From Isurus oxyrinchus (taxonomy: Eukaryota), in contig JANJGN010000020.1 in the NCBI GenBank assembly GCA_026770705.1, positions 9,300,001 through 9,364,000 on the forward strand: DNA of 64,000 bases, written 5' to 3'. The position numbers and the translations under genes are program-made. Below the pieces are notes generated by a model. That model saw only the letters and a program-made list of their open reading frames with translations, did not search any database and was not told the origin of the DNA. How positions within the stretch are numbered: position 1 is the stretch's first letter; each line of letters opens with the position of its first letter. This document shows positions 62,001 to 64,000 of this stretch, piece by piece.

Positions 62001-62409
62001 CATATGTTAAACATTTTCTCTTGAATTCCCGATTGGATTTATTAGCGGCTGCCAAATATTTATGGCCCACAAGTTATTATTTGTGGTCTGTCTTAGAGAG
62101 AAATTACAAATCCATAACCCTTCACTACTGATGTTTTATTCTTCTTCTTTTCTGAAGGATGTTTAAGCCCGTAGTGCAGTACAATAAGGAGAACCTCCAT
62201 CTCACTATGTCTCTCTACAAGAATGGTACTTTCACACCCGAGGCAGCTTATGGAGCAAGTCCAGCTATGTGGCTTAATGATGACCTCTATTTGGAAGTCA
62301 AAGCGCCCGGGAGCTTTGAGGCTGCGTTTGTTCTGCAAGTAACTTCCTGCTGGGCTACAACAACCCCTGATCCTCAAGGAAAGCAAAAGTTCCACTTCCT
62401 TCAAGATGG
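37930..62409 (+). CDS. Uromodulin/UMODL1-like ZP-domain glycoprotein (SP - FN3 repeats - SEA - cbEGF - ZP), 3'-incomplete in this window
   Basis: 15 exons with compatible phases: 37930-38005, 42899-42968, 43514-43659, 45821-45894, 46007-46115, 46845-47096, 50171-50467, 52164-52415, 53952-54191, 55745-55902, 57840-58041, 58333-58467, 60086-60276, 60849-61006, 62158-62409. Total 2612 nt with no stops. The first five exons are less certain. Confidence 0.85.
39484..39712. repeat. Near-perfect inverted repeat with ~95-bp arms (Penelope terminus-derived), carrying a hammerhead-like motif at 39579-39617 (+)
   Basis: AAAATCAGAATTACCTGGAAAAACTCAGCAGGTCCGGCAGCATCAGCGGAGAAGAAAAGAGTTGACGTTTCGAG is mirrored almost exactly downstream. 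Confidence 0.9.
39952..41551 (+). mobile_element. Tx1/L1-clade LINE, 5'-truncated, relatively young
   Basis: ORFs 40016-40987 (DFFWDKRLHWV, LPLREGGQAL), 40794-41132 (DLGWRVLH, CPFCGLVESVDHAYIGC zinc knuckle) and 41169-41438; CpG-rich; TSD ATCATTGGCAA / ATTATTGGCAA. Confidence 0.9.
41552..41895 (-). mobile_element. tRNA-derived SINE (host of the Tx1 insertion)
   Basis: Antisense tRNA-like head (GGTGGGATTTGAACCC...TAGTCCAGTGATATTACCACTA); same family as 55000-55300 and 60410-60670. Confidence 0.75.
42899..42968 (+). CDS. ZP gene exon 2
   Basis: Polypyrimidine tract and TTTAAAG| acceptor; reads GTESETCGVISLCWEITSSVTSE; donor AG|GTAAAT; phase 1 to 2. Confidence 0.6.
43514..43659 (+). CDS. ZP gene exon 3 (divergent FN3-like)
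   Basis: Acceptor TTCCAG|; reads SRKLYLNSNNILE...FLEPRTQHTLQYSQGNKSSTWRIYTM; donor T|GTATGT; phase 2 to 1. Confidence 0.6.
45368..45680 (-). mobile_element. V-domain SINE (HE1-like)
   Basis: Minus strand reads GGCGCAGTGGTTAGCGCTGCTGCCTCACAGC...GGTTCAATCC...TGTGTGGAGTTTGCATGTCCTCCC...GGTTTCCTCCCAC. Confidence 0.8.
45821..45894 (+). CDS. ZP gene exon 4
   Basis: Reads CPPHLQVASLNGSGAEMALMHSANL; donor |GTAAGT; phase 1 to 0; the acceptor is a rarer GAG. Confidence 0.55.
46007..46115 (+). CDS. ZP gene exon 5
   Basis: Strong acceptor TTTCTTTTCTTTTTAG; only phase 0 is open, reading KMEDSELSFQFQRNVRLGCQGELLYFSEADGVALAL; donor G|GTGTG. Confidence 0.65.
46148..46530. mobile_element. Inverted-repeat element of a second Penelope-type family, with a hammerhead-like motif in each arm
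   Basis: CATCTTGCACTCATCAGGACAAATGCAAGAATGCCAAATTTCAAA is mirrored by TTTGAAACTTGGCATTCTTGCATTTGTCCAGATGAGTGCACAAGATG. Confidence 0.7.
46167..46202 (-). ncRNA. Minimal type I hammerhead-ribozyme-like motif
   Basis: Minus strand reads TTGTC CTGATGA GT-GCAAG-AT GAAA AACT TT GACAA, with a 5-bp stem I. The mirror copy at 46491-46528 (+) retains the palindromic AAGCTT stem III and UUC triplet. Confidence 0.55.
46845..47096 (+). CDS. ZP gene exon 6 (FN3)
   Basis: Acceptor TTAACAG|; reads VLANQFPLKISTVNTSLSLSWDF...TTGLMPCKRYMACLNIAGQHDICAATKT; donor G|GTAGTG; phase 1-1. Confidence 0.85.
49465..49765. repeat. ~51-bp tandem repeat (about 6 copies) at the 5' end of a LINE fragment
   Basis: Unit CACAGTAGCAGCAGTGTGTGCACCATCTACAAGATGCACTGCAGAAATACA. 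Confidence 0.9.
49465..50070 (+). mobile_element. Non-LTR retrotransposon 3' end with A-rich tail
   Basis: Reads FTVAGSKSWNSLPNSTVG...LQRFKKAA; same family as 58580-59310 and 43240-43430. Confidence 0.8.
50171..50467 (+). CDS. ZP gene exon 7 (FN3)
   Basis: Reads DPMPPSNLTIITWSANSVTIYWDKP...SFLIDGLPSCQKVNISLVTVC...ANT; donor G|GTATGC. Confidence 0.93.
51020..51312. repeat. Inverted triplication (direct-inverted-direct) of a ~65-bp unique segment
   Basis: Core at 51028-51092 (+), 51127-51191 (inverted) and 51229-51293 (+), nearly identical. Confidence 0.9.
51620..52055 (+). mobile_element. Deu-domain SINE
   Basis: Same family as 7345-7830. Confidence 0.75.
52164..52415 (+). CDS. ZP gene exon 8 (FN3)
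   Basis: Reads APVKFVKVTQ...YTVSWAV...YVSTGLKPCTLETLTLKAVC...VAT; donor G|GTGGGT. Confidence 0.92.
53070..53610. mobile_element. GC-rich non-autonomous DNA transposon remnant
   Basis: Shares motifs with 10945-11540 and 3186-3807 (TCTGATTGGCTGACAG, TTAATTGGCC). Confidence 0.45.
53952..54191 (+). CDS. ZP gene exon 9 (FN3)
   Basis: Reads APEVLTNLSYQHTVDGGFFSWNSP...YRALGLNTCTQYQYVFEAAC...EFT; donor G|GTATTC. Confidence 0.92.
55000..55300 (+). mobile_element. tRNA-derived SINE
   Basis: Head GGCACAGTGGTATTGTCGCTGGACTAG...TTCGAATCCCACCAC; tail CCCACATCCCATGAA is shared with the 58580-59310 LINE. Confidence 0.75.
55745..55902 (+). CDS. ZP gene exon 10 (SEA domain N-half)
   Basis: Reads GCPIERPP...WKFSDYMSDPTSRAYVKLASIAKSK; donor |GTAAGA; matches the SEA-type F..xL.DP.S..Y..L pattern. 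Confidence 0.88.
56657..57747 (+). mobile_element. Probable solo LTR
   Basis: About 1.1 kb CpG-richer insert with TGAG...CTCA ends and AATAAA at about 57633; no clear TSD. Confidence 0.45.
57840..58041 (+). CDS. ZP gene exon 11 (SEA domain C-half)
   Basis: Acceptor TTGCAG|; reads ILQFLHSGQFSGAEVEMLYLMKSNNMVEMNVAV...SALFWN; donor G|GTGAGG. Confidence 0.85.
58333..58467 (+). CDS. ZP gene exon 12 (calcium-binding EGF)
   Basis: Reads DEDECANATINDCPVESDCINTFDSFTCICHQGYFETTDPGRACR: 6 Cys and the D-x-D-E-C / C-x-N-x4-F-x-C cbEGF signature. Confidence 0.95.
58580..59312 (+). mobile_element. Non-LTR retrotransposon 3' part
   Basis: Reads NILGVTIDQKLN and SKSWNSLPNSTVG; tail GGGCAATAAATGCTGGCC...CCCACATCCCATGAATGA. 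Confidence 0.85.
60086..60276 (+). CDS. ZP gene exon 13 (ZP-N start)
   Basis: Reads DHGVFASCETDLMKIIVSKEFL...LNDGSC...YCGGQLL; donor |GTAAGA; contains ZP-N Cys1-3. Confidence 0.93.
60410..60670 (-). mobile_element. tRNA-derived SINE
   Basis: Antisense head GGTGGGATTCGAACCC...AGTCCAGTGACAATACCACT. Confidence 0.75.
60849..61006 (+). CDS. ZP gene exon 14 (ZP-N end)
   Basis: Reads INETHKIFKHVITNE...IIREEPLIFEVNCAYLRSSLV...; donor AG|GTAAAT; contains ZP-N Cys4 (CxY). Confidence 0.93.
61425..61860 (+). mobile_element. Deu-domain SINE
   Basis: Same family as 7345-7830. Confidence 0.75.
62158..62409 (+). CDS. ZP gene exon 15 (ZP-C start)
   Basis: Reads LHLTMSLYKNGTF (internal hydrophobic patch-like)...LYLEV...FVLQVTSCWATTTPDP...FHFLQDG; donor |GTGAGG. 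Confidence 0.94.
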
Positions 62410-63314
62410 GTGAGGAAAATGTTCTCCGACTTTACTTGAAATTTAAAAAGGTCGGAGTTAAAACTGCTAGCCCCCAGATATTTTAAAGGTGTCCGATTTG
62501 CTCCCAGTTCCTTCGAAATTGTGAAAGGTTTTGACAGAGTAAAGGAGGAGGAGCTGCTTCCACTGGTGGGAAGGTTAGATCCCAAAGAATACAGATTTTA
62601 GATAATTGACAAAATAACCAGAGGTGAGATAAGTAGATTCATTCCTAATGCAGCAAATTGCAATGATCTAGACTACATGCCTGTGGAAGCAGATTCAATA
62701 GATTCAGTAGTGATTTTAAAAGGGATTTGGGTAAATACTGGAAGGAGAGAGAATTGAGGGGGGGGTGGCGGGGGGGAGTGGATAATTGGATAGCCCTTTT
62801 CAAGGAGCTGGCACAGGGCATGATGGGCTCAATATCCTCCTTCATTCTTGCAGGAGATATTTTATTGGAACATGTTGTAGGGGTGTCCAATTCTGTACAG
62901 TCGCAGTTCTCCAAAATGTACCGGTTTAATTAGAACAGAAGGAACATTTTTACCTCTATATTCTGTTTCTTGATTGGATCCTCCCCGGGTCAAAGGTCAC
63001 GAGAAACCAATTGGTGTGACAACCATTGCAATGACGCAGTGACCAGGCCGCCATGTTTTTCTTCATGGCCATAATGTGAAGGCACATCTGGTCACATCAC
63101 AACCTCTGTTTTCAGGGAACTTTTTTTGAATCTGATTTTTGGTAATTCATTCTGATCTCCATATTGCAAGGACAATATTGGAGCACTGGAGAAGGCCCCA
63201 AAAAAAACAGTTTGTACAAGGATGATATCAGAACTGAAGTCGTAGCTGTCAGGACTGAACAGGCTGGCACTCCTTCTCTTTTCTAGAGAAAAAAAAAAGG
63301 CACAACCTAATTGT

Positions 63315-63700
63315 GGTGTCAGCTGTGACTCGGATGGTAACACACTCTCTCCTCTAGGTCAGAAATGTTGTGGGCTCCAGTCCCGCTCCAGAAACCAGAG
63401 TATAAAATCTAGGCTGAAACTCCGCTGCACTGAGGGAGTGCTTCAGTGTCGGAGCTGTTGTCTTTTGGATAGGATAGATTCCATGGCACGATTTCAAGAG
63501 GAGCGGGGGAGTTCTCCCCAGTATCCTGAGTGATATTTTTCCCTCAAAGTACATCGTTAAAACACGTGATCTGGTCATTGTCAAATTTGTTTGTGGGATC
63601 TTGCTTTGCACAAATTTCTGTTGTGTTCCCTATATTACAACAGTGACTACACTTCAAAAGTATTTCACTGACTGTGAAGTGCTTTGGAATGTCTTTGATA
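63315..63700 (+). mobile_element. Deu-domain SINE
   Basis: TTTGTGGGATCTTGCTTTGCACAAATT...ACAACAGTGACTACACTTCAAAAGTA. Confidence 0.75.
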
Positions 63701-64000
63701 CAGGCTTTCAAAGGTTTGCTAGGATAAAGGTAATGTGAGGGGGGTGAGGCGAGTCCAAAACAAAGGGCCATCTATTTAAGATAGTGTAGTAATCTGAAAT
63801 GTAATATAACTTTAAGACAAGCATTGTAATGTGAGGTCACATGACTTTAATATCCAATTGCCAAGTAGCACAGGCTATCTCTATGGGAGAGTCTAGATTT
63901 ATTCACTGAAGAGGGAAGACAGAGTTCTCTGTTGTGAGCACACAAGTGTAGTTGTTGAGTTTAGTTTGTAAATAAACAGCATGTGTTTGTTCTAACAACG

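Noticed and set aside
37930-62409. Assigning the symbol UMODL1 or UMOD to the ZP gene
   Set aside because: The domain order differs (no EMI, WAP or D8C seen) and orthology cannot be established from sequence reading alone.

Overview
Vertebrate genomic DNA, most likely from a shark or ray. That assignment is inferred from the repeat content: abundant CR1/L2 LINEs, Deu-domain and V-domain SINEs, and Penelope-like elements. Two spliced genes are arranged head to head. (1) A complete PARP11 (WWE + mono-ADP-ribosyltransferase) lies on the minus strand: 7 coding exons from 22947 to 8399, 999 nt / 332 aa by my splice reconstruction, one GC-AG intron, and a CpG-island promoter at about 26.8-27.5 kb. 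(2) A large secreted or membrane ZP-domain gene lies on the plus strand: 15 reconstructed exons from 37930 to 62409, about 870 codons, continuing beyond the window. Its architecture is signal peptide, 2 divergent FN3-like modules, 4 Cys-bearing FN3, SEA, cbEGF, ZP. This is uromodulin/UMODL1-like but lacks EMI/WAP. The rest is mostly decayed and often nested transposons: a Gmr1-type gypsy (integrase before RT), CR1/L2/RTE/Tx1 LINEs, Penelope, Harbinger, hAT, SINEs and solo LTRs. Most notable are the unusual FN3-SEA-EGF-ZP gene, two families of minimal hammerhead-ribozyme-like motifs in Penelope-type inverted-repeat elements, and a small inverted triplication. Repeat boundaries are approximate unless TSDs or TIRs are given.
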